Below, piece by piece: positions 30,479-52,305 of a stretch of 64,000 bases of DNA; the first letter of the stretch is position 1, and the number at the start of each line of letters is the position of its first letter. Under the pieces are notes generated by a model that saw only the letters and a program-made list of their open reading frames with translations, was not told the origin of the DNA and ran no database searches. Position numbers and translations under genes: made by a program. Source of the stretch: the human T2T-CHM13v2.0 reference genome, Homo sapiens; NCBI RefSeq assembly GCF_009914755.1, contig NC_060946.1; one strand, written 5' to 3'.

Positions 30479-30998
30479 ATTGGACTGATGGGTTGCTCCA
30501 CTGGGCACAAGCATCATGGGTTCTTAAAACAAGGCCCTGAACAAGCACCAAATATGTTCCTGTCACCACACTCCACTAGCCCTTCAACTATAAACATGCA
30601 TAGGAGTCACCTGGGGGCCTTGCTAAATAAAATGCAGCTTCTGATTCAATAGTCTCAAACAGGACCAGAGATTCTGCGTCTCTTGTTGAGTTCCCGAGTG
30701 AGGCAGACAATGCCAGTCCACAGACTCACATTTTGAGATACAGCACCTGGGCCATTGTGTTCCAATGTGCTTGATAACCTGGAGCACCTATTAAATATCC
30801 AAGTTGCCAGGACTTTCTTCTGGAAATCTTAATTCAGTATGTTTTGTTTGGAGCCTTGGACGTTTGGGAAAACTAGAATTTCTTTCTCTCCCTTTAGACA
30901 AAAGTCAACTACTGCTGAGGCATGGGCTTAATAAATGTTGACTAAAATATCCAACTCAACAACCAATCCTGTATAATTTTCAAACTCTGTCAATAACT

Positions 30999-31518
30999 TG
31001 CTGGGTCCAACCTGCAGACCCTGGCTGCGTGATGGATGAAGAAATGCACTCAGACACAGGTATCCTGTGAAAGAATGGGGTAGGGGACTGGGCAGCTCCC
31101 AGACACTGAGGAGGGTGCTATGAAGAGTCAGCAGGTGCTATAAAGAGTCAGCAGGCACAGCCCTGTCAGGCTGGGGCTCCAGGCATTTATTCAGTACAGA
31201 TTTAATGACAAAGTTCTCAAGTAAACACCACACCACTAGAGGGTAATTAACATTGCTGACCTCCTGAGTAGAGAGCAGTCATGCGCCCGCAAATGATCAA
31301 AGGTCTGTTTTAGGACCACATGAGTAAACAAGCTATTTAGATAAACTTCTCTACATTCCTATGTATCTACGCCCTAAGCTTTTAAGAGAATTCAGCTGCC
31401 TTCAGCCAAATCTTTTACTGAAGGTATGCAAACCTCCCAGCCTTCCAAGAAGTTTTGTGTCTATCTCCTACAACTTAATTTTTATAATTTCTCCCACCAC
31501 CCTGACAGATCCCCTACA
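30999..31518 (-). mobile_element. ERVK solo LTR, LTR22-like (HML-5)
   Basis: Minus strand starts tgtaggggatctgtcagggtggtgggagaaattat; TG...CA ends; internal 20-bp tandem duplication ggtgctat(g/a)aagagtcagca; no TSD. Confidence 0.75.
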
Positions 31519-31651
31519 AAAGACCATGTTTCTTCTCAGCTTGCTCAGTCCAGCTGAGCCAGCTTTCCACTGGACTCCCGAATGTGAGAAGGACACAGGC
31601 TCCCAGGACCATCCAGAAGCATCTCTCATCACCTTAAAGCTCTGAAACACT

Positions 31652-32260
<609 letters not shown>

Positions 32261-32324
32261 TGAGACAGAAAAATATTTTGTTTCATTATTGCTTGTTAGT
32301 TGATTAAAGTAATTCTGCTTCCAC

Positions 32325-32330
32325 TTTATT
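32325..32330 (-). terminator. AATAAA polyadenylation signal of the PARP4-derived terminal exon
   Basis: tttatt on the + strand ~125 nt past the stop codon. Confidence 0.6.
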
Positions 32331-32454
32331 TTCAAAGACACTAATTGCTACACTGAATAAAACCTTAATGGAGTTTCATTATAAGTATCTATTATCATTT
32401 GATTATTTTCTACATAGAAGCATGCAAAAAGTTTAAAATTCAGTTTCATTTGAC

Positions 32455-32650
32455 TTAGTCTTGACTGTAATGAAGGACTCTACGAAGAGGGGACACAGTG
32501 TTTATGAGCTGGAGTCCTAGTAACTGCTTGGTGGCAGAGTCCCAGTCATTCCCCAGTTCAAGCCATGGGCAGATAGATGGGTACTGTCCTTCAGTTCTTC
32601 TTACCCATTCACTTGCTTTCTTTATTGCTTCAAAAGCCCAGGGAATATTC
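32455..32650 (-). pseudogene. PARP4P3: PARP4-like terminal coding exon (NIPWAFEAIKKASEWVRRTEGQYPSICPWLELGNDWDSATKQLLGLQLINTVSPLRRVLHYSQD*)
   Basis: Open to TAA at 32455-32457; acceptor reads cctaag|aat, one base out of phase. Confidence 0.93.
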
Positions 32651-33419
32651 TTAGGTTAAAAAAAAATAAATGTTTCAGATTTCAGAATATAACATGTGAA
32701 ATGTAATGTGGTACTAAACCCATCACATTATATCACACAAAATGATTCTGCCAAAAGTTAAGATATTTAATAAAAGCAGTTTTCCTTGACATCTTCCGGA
32801 AGTTCTTCTAACCATCTGAACTTGAGCTTATGCACTGCATTGTCAAGTGTCCTGTGCCCCCCACCTCCTGGCTTCCACGTGCCTCCAGGCATCCCTGCTG
32901 CCTACAGGACAGCTCAGGTTCCAGCCTCTCTACAGTTGTTTGTGGTTGTCCCCTTTCCAAGCTTCTCAGTCTAAATCCTATCCATTCTTCATGCACAAAC
33001 TCAAGTAGTATTTCACAAACGAGGCTTCTGTTTCTCTCTCCTTCCCACTGTACTGACTTGATTAGGTCCCTTCAGAATATCTGACAGTCCCCCATGAAAC
33101 TGGCATCTGTTCAGCTGTGTCACATAAACCAGGAACAACTTGGTAGAATAAGCTTATCGAGTCAAGTGTGTGTCCACTGAATGGTGTCAAATATTTGAGA
33201 CTGTTGAATATTCAAGTCTATTCAACACTCAGAAAAATTCTGGGGTTGTTCATTAATATTAATTAGCTACTTCCTCATTTGTTCTGTCATCTGTTAGAAC
33301 TTGTTAGTGAACAAGTGGCAACATACACCAAAGTTCTTCAGAAAATTCTATGGGAAAACCTAATATTTTGAAAATTCTCTCCCTGTTCCTCATTTCTCCC
33401 TGTGAACTGGGAAAGGGCC

Positions 33420-33655
33420 ATCAGTATAGCATGATGGTGAAGAGCTGGGTTTGAGTCCTGACTCTGCAATCACATGATACTGGCCATGTGATACTGTGTG
33501 GCTTTCATTCAACACTGGGAATCTCAGTTTCCTCAATTGTGAGAATAACATGAGGTCCCATGGGTTTGTGGTGGAAATCAACAAAGCTTATAAATTTAAC
33601 GTGCATACTAATCCCTGGTACACAGTGGGCACTCAATAAATGTTCACTGAATGTC
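33420..33655 (-). mobile_element. MIR
   Basis: ctgggtttgagtcctgactctgc...ctcagtttcctcaattgt...cctggtacacagtgggcactcaataaatgtt; orientation tentative. Confidence 0.7.
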
Positions 33656-33970
33656 ATGATAGAATGAACATACTAAATAAGAACCATGCCCGAAGTTTAA
33701 AAGACCGACATTTCCTGGTAAATGTTCGTCTACTGACAGTTACTGACTGCTGAAAACAACAAAACTGGCTTTGAATATTTTCACTAATTCAGCCGGCCTC
33801 CTTTAGCCCTGTGGCCTCTACACTTTTTGGTTCACATTCCACTAGTAAGAAAACCTTGTGCCTACACCCCCAGGTAATGTACTCCTGCATCAATGTTACG
33901 TACATCCCGAAATAGAAAATACAGAAAAAAGTTTCAAACATGCAATAAACAGGAAATAAAAAATATTTAA

Positions 33971-34114
33971 TTTTTTTTTTTTTGAGACAAGAGTCTCGCT
34001 TTGTTGCCAGGCTGGAGTGCAGGAGCACAATCTCAGCTCACTGCAAGCTTGTGATCCGCCCGCCTCAGCCTTCCAAAGTGCTGGGATTATAGGCGTGAGC
34101 CACCGCGCCTGGCC
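33971..34114 (-). mobile_element. internally deleted Alu (~145 bp)
   Basis: ctcactgcaagct joined directly to tgtgatccgcccgcc. Confidence 0.88.
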
Positions 34115-34456
34115 TAACATCGTATTGTCTTATGTACTCAAGTGCCAGCAAACCATTTTGCTAGCACCATAGCAGTAATGTAGTAAGAGCTATATGCTGC
34201 AATATACTTGATCAGTTCTGAACATCTTGCTTTAATACTTTGTGGTATTACAGTTCAAAAGCACGTTCAAAGTTTATACTTGTTCTAACAGCTATAATAT
34301 TACTAATTAGGAACAATATAAATAGAATAATTACCTCTTTTGATGTGCCTATTAAGTCAAATACTAATTTTTTAGTCCCATCTCCTAGCTGTTCAAAGTG
34401 TTTTTTCTTTGATATTTATTTAATTAATTCTCTTGGCAAGTGGCACTGGTTTATTT

Positions 34457-34721
34457 TCACTTGAGGCCAGGAGTTTGAGACCAGCCTGGCCACCATGGCG
34501 AAACCTCATCTCTACTAAAAATATAAAAATTAGCTGGGCACGGTGGTGCGCACCTGTAATCCCAGCTACTTGGAAGGCTGAGGCACGAGAATTGCTGATC
34601 TTAAACTCCTGGACTTGGTCTTGCTGGGCTCAAGTGATCAACCTGGGAGGCAGAGGTTGCAGTGAGCCGAGATTATGCCACTGCACTCCAGCCTGGGCAA
34701 CAGAATGAGACCCTGCCTCAG

Positions 34722-34752
<31 letters not shown>

Positions 34753-34770
34753 ATACAAAAAAAAAAGAAA
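34457..34770 (+). mobile_element. 5'-truncated AluS with a 46-bp foreign insert and (TAAA)n tail
   Basis: Alu body interrupted at 34594-34639. Confidence 0.9.
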
Positions 34771-34878
34771 ACCCCCCAAATAGAAAAAAGAATAAATTCT
34801 CATCTTTCTTGGCAAACTAATGAGAAGGTATTGCTTTTCAAAAAATGGAAGTATAAATTACATATAGTAAATTATGAT

Positions 34879-35330
<452 letters not shown>

Positions 35331-35400
35331 GAAATTCCTGAACACCTGTTTTGTGTTCAAGAACTTTTTCTTAATCGTTACACTTAAAAAATAGTTATCA

Positions 35401-35839
<439 letters not shown>

Positions 35840-36199
35840 TTATTTATAGGTTCGCTCCTCAACCCTTTTTTTCTCTTGCCATTTATTTCCCCACATTCCA
35901 GACTTTGCTGACTGCATTTGCATGGTGTCACATAACATGTTCCTCTAATCTAATTCAAGTTTAGAAATCAAGGGTTTTCATTTAACTTGTTTGATTTTAT
36001 ACATATTAGTTTCTAACAATATTAGTATCTACCTTCCAAAATAACAAATCAAAAGTGTTATTAACACCATGGCTACTCCCAGTGAGATTTCTTTGTAATA
36101 TTTTTTAATCCTTAGGCACTATCCCACTAGGGGATTTGACATAATTTGACACAGTCAAATTATTTACTATGTTTTAAAGTCATCTTAAATTAATTCCCA

Positions 36200-36526
<327 letters not shown>

Positions 36527-36681
36527 TTACATAGTTCCAAAGTCAAAACTGCAAAACAAATCACACTAGGAGAAACCTAGCTTCCATCCTTGTCCTCTCT
36601 ACCAAACCTCCCTTGCAACAGTATTTTTATTAGTTTGATTAGTTTTCCCCTTATCTTGCCTTTAAATGAACATAAGCCAAT

Positions 36682-37184
36682 TACATGTGTATGTATATGT
36701 GTATATGTGTATGTATGTGCATATGTGTATGTATATATATCTACATGTGTATGTATGTATGTGCATATGTGTATGTATATACTTATATATACGTGTATGT
36801 ATGTGCATGTGTGTATATACTTATACATACATGTGTATATGTGTATGCATGTGCATGTGTATGTGTATGCATGTGCATATGTGTATGTGTATATGTGTAT
36901 GCATGTGCATGTGTATGTATATGTGTATGTATGTGCATATGTGTATGTATATATCTACATGTGTATGTATGTGCATGTGTATGTATATAGTTATGTATAC
37001 ATGTGTGTGTATGTATGTGCATATGTGTATGTATATACTTATATATATGTGTGTATATGTGTATGCATGTGCACATGTATGTGTATGCATGTATGTGTAT
37101 GCATGTGCATATGTGTATGTATATGTGTATATGTGTATGTATGTGCATATGTGTATGCATATACATATACATATATACGTATGT
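36682..37184. repeat. ~500-bp alternating purine-pyrimidine (TG/TA/CA) simple repeat
   Basis: Recurrent atatgtgtatgtatgtgc units. Confidence 0.95.
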
Positions 37185-38046
37185 CAGAGGGATCCTACTC
37201 TGGTCATGCCCCTCTCGCCATGGGGTGGAGGGTCTGTAGGGACAAGAGAATGTGCCCACCCCGGAACCCACATCCTCCTTTTTAGACCCTGCAACTCTAG
37301 CGTTCCTGACCACATGGCCCTGAGTCCACTTCCAGGGTCTTCCCTGGTCTGTCATCCTGAGTTTGAACAGTGCTGCCATCTCACTGGTGCTGCAAGGTGG
37401 CTGGGGTGAGGGGGCACTGGCATGGGGTCTGGATGGCATTTTGATGGGTGGGGTGGGGTATTCATGTGTGCAGGCAAGGCCTCTTAGGGTGCTAGGGGTC
37501 AGCCAAGGGCTGAATTTGAACCTGGCCTTCCAGGTGGTTATGAAGTTGTATTTGCCAAGGGAGGAGATTAGGACACACTTCTTAATCTAATAGTTTGCTA
37601 GTTTGATTTATAACTTTTTAAATACTTGTATTGTTATAAACTATAAAGTTATAAACTTTAAATACTTGTATTTTTGTCCCAGGCCCTGCCATTGTTGGGA
37701 ACAGGGCTGGGCCCAACAGTCACATTGTGGGTCTTCTGGAGGCACCCAGAATCAGCACACTGCAGTGAAAAGTACCATATCCAGAGCCAGAAGTGCCGGG
37801 CTCCAGGGGGAGCTGCACTGAAACTCTTTGAGCCCATTTCCTGTGCAGCCCAAGGCACAAATACCACATAAGCCCTGCCCGCCACAGGAGACTGGGGCAA
37901 GCTGTCACCTGCAAACAAATTATCTTCCTACATACTTATAAAGTAGTCTACACATGTAAGATAATTCCCTATAGCTTGTTTGTAAGGTTTATTAAATAAA
38001 TAGTTGAAAATATAAATAAGTTGCGTAATACTATAGTTAAAGCCAC

Positions 38047-38178
38047 CTGGAAATAGAAGCGTCATCCAGTTCCATCAGTGATTTGAACACTATTCCCTTT
38101 TTTTCCACCCTGGTGCGAATAAACTGTAGTATCTCATTGTGGCAATTAGGTCCAGGAGACATTCTCTTCATTTTATAC
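38047..38178 (-). pseudogene. PARP4P3: PARP4-like penultimate exon with a nonsense codon and a 1-bp deletion
   Basis: ctttag|GT ATA AAA TGA AGA GAA TGT CTC CTG GAC CTA ATT GCC ACA ATG / LQFIRTRVEKKGIVFKSLMELDDASISR|gtggct. Confidence 0.92.
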
Positions 38179-38713
38179 CTAAAGGGGAAAAAACTCCGTT
38201 AAGTCTGTTGGAAACTCTGCATCTCAAACTGCCTGTTTATAAAATTCCCATTAAAGAATTATAATACAATTAAATCACAGGACATGAGCAGATCGTGAAA
38301 CTCTCTAATACTCTTCAAGGTCCTTAATTAGCTTGCTATTTAAATAAATGAGGACGGTTGGAAACGTGTGCCTATCATACTATCCTGATGGTTGTCAGGA
38401 AACTGACCTGTATCCAGAGTGCCCCTCGCTTGCCATCTTCAATAACCAGAGAGGCATGAAGTTCAATGAAGGAAACCCAGTTTTTAGGCTCTTGTTACAA
38501 ATAGCTTAGAAGAGTAAACCTAAATATTCAACAGATAAACAACAGTTATAACCAGTTACACTGGTGTATCAAGTTATTTCTAGTGGTTAGTACCTACAGG
38601 TATCCTAATCAAGATATTTTACTATATTATGAAATATCAAAATTGAAAAATGAATGTTTACATGTGTTGAACTCAGAATTAACAACCATTTTTATTTAAA
38701 AATGCAAGCTTCA

Positions 38714-38868
38714 TTTTTTTTTTTGAGAGACGGGCTCACTCTGTCACGTTGGAGTGCAGTGGGTGTGATCAGAGCTTACTGTAGCCTCCAACTCCTGGAC
38801 TCAAGTGATCCTCCTACTTTGGCCTCCCAAAGTCTTGAGATTATAGACATGAGCCACAGCACACAGCC
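38714..38868 (-). mobile_element. partial Alu / FLAM-like
   Basis: Poly-T plus a diverged monomer. Confidence 0.8.
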
Positions 38869-38935
38869 AAAAAGTGGTTTTAGGGAAGGAAAAAAAAAAA
38901 AAACCCAAATCTTTGTCTTATAATTAAGAATATAT

Positions 38936-45060
<6,125 letters not shown>

Positions 45061-45733
45061 GTCAGGAAACAACAGGTGCTGGAGAGGATGTGGAGAAATT
45101 GAACATTTTTACACTGTTGGTGGGACTGTAAACTAGTTCAACCATTGTGGAAGTCAGTGTGGTGATTCCTGAGGGATCTAGAACTAGAAATACCATTTGA
45201 CCCAGCCATCCTATTACTGGGTATATACCCAAAGGATTATAAATCATGCTGCTATAAAGACACATGCACACGTATGTTTATTGTGGCACTATTCACAGTA
45301 GCAAAGACTTGGAACAAACCCAAATGTCTATCAATGATAGACTGGATTAGGAAAATGTGGCACATATACACCATGGAATACTATGCAGCCATAAAAAAGG
45401 ATGAGTTCATGTCCTTTGTAGGGACATGGATGAAGCTGGAAACCATCATTCTCAGCAAACAATTGCAAGGACAAAAAACCAAATACCGCATGTTCTCACT
45501 CATAGGTGGGAATTGAACAATGAGAACACTTGGACACAGGAAGGGGAACATCACACACTGGGGCCTGTTGTGAGGTGGGGGTAGGGGGGAGGGATAGCAT
45601 TAGGAGATATGCCTAATATAAATGACGAGTTAATGGGTGCAGCACACCAACATGGCGCATGTATACATATGTAACAAACCTGCACGTTGTGCACATGTAC
45701 CCTAAAACTTAAAGTATAATAATAAAAAAAAAA
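45061..45733 (+). mobile_element. second L1 3' end (L1PA4-like, ~670 bp) abutting the poly-A of the full-length L1
   Basis: Begins at gtcaggaaacaacagg (end of ORF2); differs from the first copy (aaaaggatgag, gaacacttgg); has its own poly-A. Confidence 0.93.
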
Positions 45734-45905
45734 GGGAAAACATGAGAAAGGCAGGGACTATAGTTATGTCAACAGGGACAAACACTGCAGTTTTAGTCAA
45801 ATACATGCCATCTTTGTAGTAGATTTTGACAGGTAAATTCTAAATTATTTTCTTCTTGATAAGTAAATGTGATGCTTAATGACATGGCAGCTGTTAGTAT
45901 CTTAC

Positions 45906-46027
45906 GCCATTTATTAAAGGTCTACTAAATCCTTTCAAGGCATGTGAGCCAGTGCTCCTGAGAAAAGCAGTGACATACATGCTTTCTCCTGATGTCTCCA
46001 AGTATGTAAAATTCATTAAAGCTATTC
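45906..46027 (-). other. candidate 122-nt exon of unknown origin
   Basis: ctttatattgttcag|GAATAGC...AAATGGC|gtaaga; no recognised homology. Confidence 0.35.
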
Positions 46028-46334
46028 CTGAACAATATAAAGGAAGTTCCCTCAGTAAGATAAATCTTCCCAATCTTTTGCCCCAGGAGAGAATGTGGAT
46101 TATAGAAAAATAGTGGGTGTGAGTAAAGTGGGAAATTATTTGGGTAATGAGAATATATTTTTTTCTTTGGGGCAAGGAAGCAAATCATGAAAAGAAGATT
46201 GGAATACAGAAATATGATACTAGTATACATGGTAAATTCTTGAGAAAGAGGCTGATGAAACAAAATTTTAAAACGCAGAAACAAGAATACAAGATTTAGA
46301 ACAAAGTTTATGAAAAAAGTGTAAAAAAATACAT

Positions 46335-47200
46335 TCTTGTTCAGAATATATAAAGAACTCTTACAAATCAACAACAAAAAGGCAATCAATTAAAACATGG
46401 TCAAAGGATAACGACCAGGTTTTTCATCTAAGAACATAGACAATGGCCAGTAACCACATGAAAAGATGGTCAACATCAAAGGGAAAGGCAAATCAAAACC
46501 ACAAAGAGGTACCACTTCACACCACTAGAATGCCTATAATAAAAAAGATGAAAAATAAATACTGGAAAAGATGTGAAGAAATTGGAACCCTCATACACTG
46601 CCAGTGGAAATGTAAAATTGTACAGCTGTGTTGAATAACAGCCTGATAGTTCCTTGAGATTAAACACAGTTACTATTTGATCTCGATTCCCACTTCAGTA
46701 TTTACCCAAGAGGAACATATGTCCACATATGTGTCCACAGTACATCATTCATAATAGTTAAAACCTGGAAACAATACAAATGTCCATCAACTATTAAATA
46801 AAATGTGGTATTTCTCAGCAATAGCAAATTAATTGCAAATAAGAGGAAATAAACTACTGATACATGCTGTACGATATAGATGAGCCTTGAAAACATTATG
46901 CTAAGTGAAATAACCCAGACACAAAAAGCCAATGTTTTATGATTTCACTTATATAATATACCCGGCATAGATAAATTCACAGAGACAGAAAGTAGAATAC
47001 AGGTTACTAGGGATGAAGAGAAGGATTATGGGAAGATATTTAATGGGTACAGAGTTTCTATTAGGGATGATGAAAAAATTCTAGAAATGGATAGTAGTGA
47101 TTGTTGTATGACATTGTAAATGTACTTAATGCCACTGAACTATGGAGTTAAAAATTGTTAAAATGCTAAATTTTATGTTATGTATATTTCACCAGAACTT
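46335..47200 (+). mobile_element. L1MB-type 3' end
   Basis: tataaagaactcttacaaatcaacaac...ccttgaaaacattatgctaagtgaaa...gggtacagagtttct. Confidence 0.8.
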
Positions 47201-47339
47201 TTAAAAAGAATTGACAAAGTTTAGAGCATTTTAAACATAATACAAGATTTGAACTAAAAAATTCAAGAAAAAACTACATTTAAAAATTATTTTAAATTAA
47301 ATACCAACTTAACCTTCTCCCCCAAATCAATTAATCTTA

Positions 47340-48310
47340 TAATTATATTAACAACATAAAAACCATATGATTATGTATTAGATGCAGAAAAAGCATTTGA
47401 GAAAATTGAACACTTTTCATTAACAAAATAATCTCAGCAAACTGGAGATACAAGAGAATCTCCTCGACATGTCAAAGGGCATCTTTAAAATACCTAATGC
47501 TAACATTCTATGTAATGATGAAAGACTGAATGCTTTCCCCTAAGATCGAGAAGGCATGTCAGCTCTTACCACTTCTATTCAACACTGTACTGCAATTTCG
47601 AGCCACTGTAATCACTTTTTAAAAGGGAGTTGGGAGAAGGAAGAAAGGAAGGAAGAAAAAAGGAAGAAAGAAGGGAGGAAGGAAGAAATGGAGGAAAACG
47701 AAAGGCATCTAGACTGAAAAGAAATAGGTGAAACTATCTTTATTCACAGACATAATCATCTATGTGGAAAACCAAGTGAAACCAATTACAACGTTACTGG
47801 CACCAATGAGTTTTGCCACATTGTAGGATACATGATCAATATATAAAAACCAATTGTAATTCTATATGTTAGAAATAAACTGCTAGGAATTGAAATTTTA
47901 AAAATAATACTATTTATAATAGCATTAAAATATAAAATTCTTGGGAATATATCTGACACTATGCAAAATATCTGTACAATGATAACTAAAAAGTAAGAAG
48001 ATCTAAGAAAATACCTTATTCATGAGTTGAGAGACTCATCATTGTTAAGATGTTCATTCTTTCTCATGACATAATGCAATCACAGTTCAAATCCAAGCGG
48101 GTATTTTGTAGAAATTGACAATTGATTTTAAGACTTTCATGGCATGTAGATGACACAGAAATGCGCAGTAACTCTGAAAAAAACAAAAGAATAAATTTAG
48201 AGGAAAAATACAACCCAGTTTGAAGAATTATTACAAAGCTACAAAAATCATAACAGTGTGATTTTGGCATAAAGATATAGAGATCAGTAGAACAGAACAG
48301 AGTCCAGAAA
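47340..48310 (+). mobile_element. old L1M ORF2 fragment containing a purine-rich (GGAA) stretch
   Basis: gatgcagaaaaagcatttga, actgaatgctttcccctaagatc, ttttgtagaaattgacaa. Confidence 0.75.
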
Positions 48311-48769
48311 CCAAGTATACATAAAACACATACACACTCTCTCTCTCTCTCTTAAAATATGACTGGTCAAGTGACTGCTTATGAACTGTAATTGCTTGAT
48401 ACATGAGTCTAGCATCTCTTGGCCTTAAATCACTACCATAACCTTGAGAAGCTGATGATGCCTTTGTTTTCTGAGAACAGTTTCAGTGTGGAAGCTGACA
48501 GTTCCGTAGAGATGGAACAAGTGTAGAGCCAGAAAAAAAAGGGATACACATAGACTTCTTAAGACTTTTTTTAAAGCTATGGAAGATGATAAACTAATGA
48601 GGCATAAGTATACTTTTCATTATGAATGTTTATGTTTTCACATCTTTCAGTAATGTGTACAAGAAAAAGTATTTAATGTGGTATTTGTTAACCAAGCAAC
48701 CCACTCACTATTTATATTTATTTCAGAAATCCATGATTTAAATTTAATTCATAATTTTTGGCAACATAC

Positions 48770-48814
48770 CTTCAGCTACTTCTACAGTTATGTTTCCTTG
48801 TACACCTGCTGCAT
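48770..48814 (-). pseudogene. 45-nt relic exon resembling the ANKRD26-family penultimate exon
   Basis: tgtttcag|ATGCAGCAG...AACATAACTGTAGAAGTAGCTGAAG|gtatgt; compare recalled ANKRD26 MQQELEKNITRELKE, with a frameshift. Confidence 0.6.
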
Positions 48815-48909
48815 CTGAAACAGTCAAATATTATTAATAATGTTTAAGTTAAACAAGAGACATTATCATGTCGCCCTATTGTATGTTAAGGAGGGTTGAT
48901 CAACACTAA

Positions 48910-49590
<681 letters not shown>

Positions 49591-50235
49591 AAATAAAATT
49601 CCTTTTCAGTGTGACAGAAAATAAGAGATTGACTTACTGAACTTGAACCTACCAAAATTTTCTGAAGCTGCTCAATTTTGTCCACTCGGTTTTTCATTCT
49701 AATTTTTAACATGGCATTTTCTATTTTAAGCCTAAAATATATATTTTAAAATAATTATTCTCAGATATAATTTTTTTAAATCATATAAATTCTGAACAAA
49801 CATCTGAAGGAATAATTATATAAATTCTGAGACATTTGAAAAGTAGAAAATTGAGAAACCATTGTTATTTTTCTACCTTTGTTTTGTGGATGATGTATAA
49901 AATTAAAAATAATGTAGAAAATTTATGCATTTCAAAATAGCCTAAAGCTGAATTTTTTCCTTGGCTTCACATAGACATACTTATTATCTTAACTGATACA
50001 ATTCTCCTACTACACTACTCATGTGCTTTGTAAATACTCAAGATATTTTGTATGTTGCTTTAAATTGTACTTTTGCATGTGGTCTGGCATCTCCTCAGCA
50101 CATCTTAGAGTCTCTGTGCGTTGATCCTGCATTTCTTGCAACTAAAACAAAGAATTAAAAACAACCTTTAGGTGTGGAAATAACCCAAATGCCCATCAAT
50201 AGGTGAATGAATGAACAAAATATGGTTATATATAA

Positions 50236-50600
<365 letters not shown>

Positions 50601-50790
50601 CCTATACTGTTTTTTAACTAAATTTTACTGGAATGCAGCCACACCCCTTCAGTCTGCATATTGTTTACGGCTACTTTTGTGCTGTAACTGTAGTGTTGAG
50701 TTGTTGCAACAGGGATCTTATGGCTCACAAAGTCTCACATACTACTACTTGGCCCTTTACAGAAATGTTTACTGCCTATGCTCTAGGATT
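50601..50790. mobile_element. MER58-like hAT fragment
   Basis: ttttactggaatgcagccacaccc...tggccctttacagaaatgtttactgcc. Confidence 0.7.
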
Positions 50791-50927
50791 AAAACACAAT
50801 ATTTTTCTTTTTTAATTTATATTTTATCAGATACTCAAATTTACAAAATTGGTAAAATGGGGAAACATAGGAAATTATAGTAAGCATTTATATTTTTCAA
50901 TTCCAAACACCACTATATCAACTATAA

Positions 50928-51296
<369 letters not shown>

Positions 51297-52113
51297 TGAA
51301 ACTAAGCATCATCTTTCCTTTCCAGGTAAACCACAAGAACATTTTAAAATACACAGAAAAATAATTAAAATAGATAGATTCTCCTATAGAGTGGCAGGGC
51401 TCACGTCATCATTAGGAGAGAATTTATTTAAAAGTGTCATCTTAAAATGCAGGGATGTCCATTGACATGCCAGAGGAGAAGCCACGTGATCAAAATGCCC
51501 ACTTGACCCACCCAAACATCTCAAACCTAGCCTTTGCTGACCTTCTATAACCCCATTTGTAAAGTTTTTTGTTTTTGTTTTAAACAAGAGAAAGTAGACA
51601 CATACATGTTGGCAAATGCTAACTGTTCATAGTCATATGACTATGACTATAGCCCGATATAAAGTCAGAGTAAGGATTTTCATCAAAATATTAATTCTGC
51701 AGAATGGCCTTTCTGTACCAGTTAACCAGAAACCCATGAAATAAGTAAGCATAAGTCTTTATTCACACAGAAAAGTAGAGATTAAAAAAAGAAAATTTTC
51801 TGAAACATTCCATTAGACATTATCCTCTGAATTAATCTGGCTTGTCTCCACGTGGCAATGAAAGAAATCACTAAAAATATACTGTAAAAAGAAAAAAGAA
51901 TTCTCTAATCTTCTGTGAGAAATGATGTGTAATTCTCAACTTTCATAAGGGGAAATAGTGTAAGAAAAATATTTATAATTATAAAACATGGCAGAGATTG
52001 AGAAATGGGTGTATTATAAAGATAATCAAATTTTAATAAAATTATAATGAAAATACAAAAGAAAGCTCTCCACTGAAACTAGTGTCCTGAAACACTTGAT
52101 ATTATTTAACCAG

Positions 52114-52305
<192 letters not shown>

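Noticed and set aside
36577-37439. Long overlapping 218-247 aa ORFs rich in C/V/Y/M or H/T/I
   Set aside because: Artifacts of a stop-poor alternating purine-pyrimidine repeat
38406-38480. Minus-strand ATG GCA AGC GAG GGG CAC TCT GGA TAC AG|gtcag, a possible extra exon
   Set aside because: No match to the PARP4 peptide and no clear acceptor; cannot be supported without transcript data
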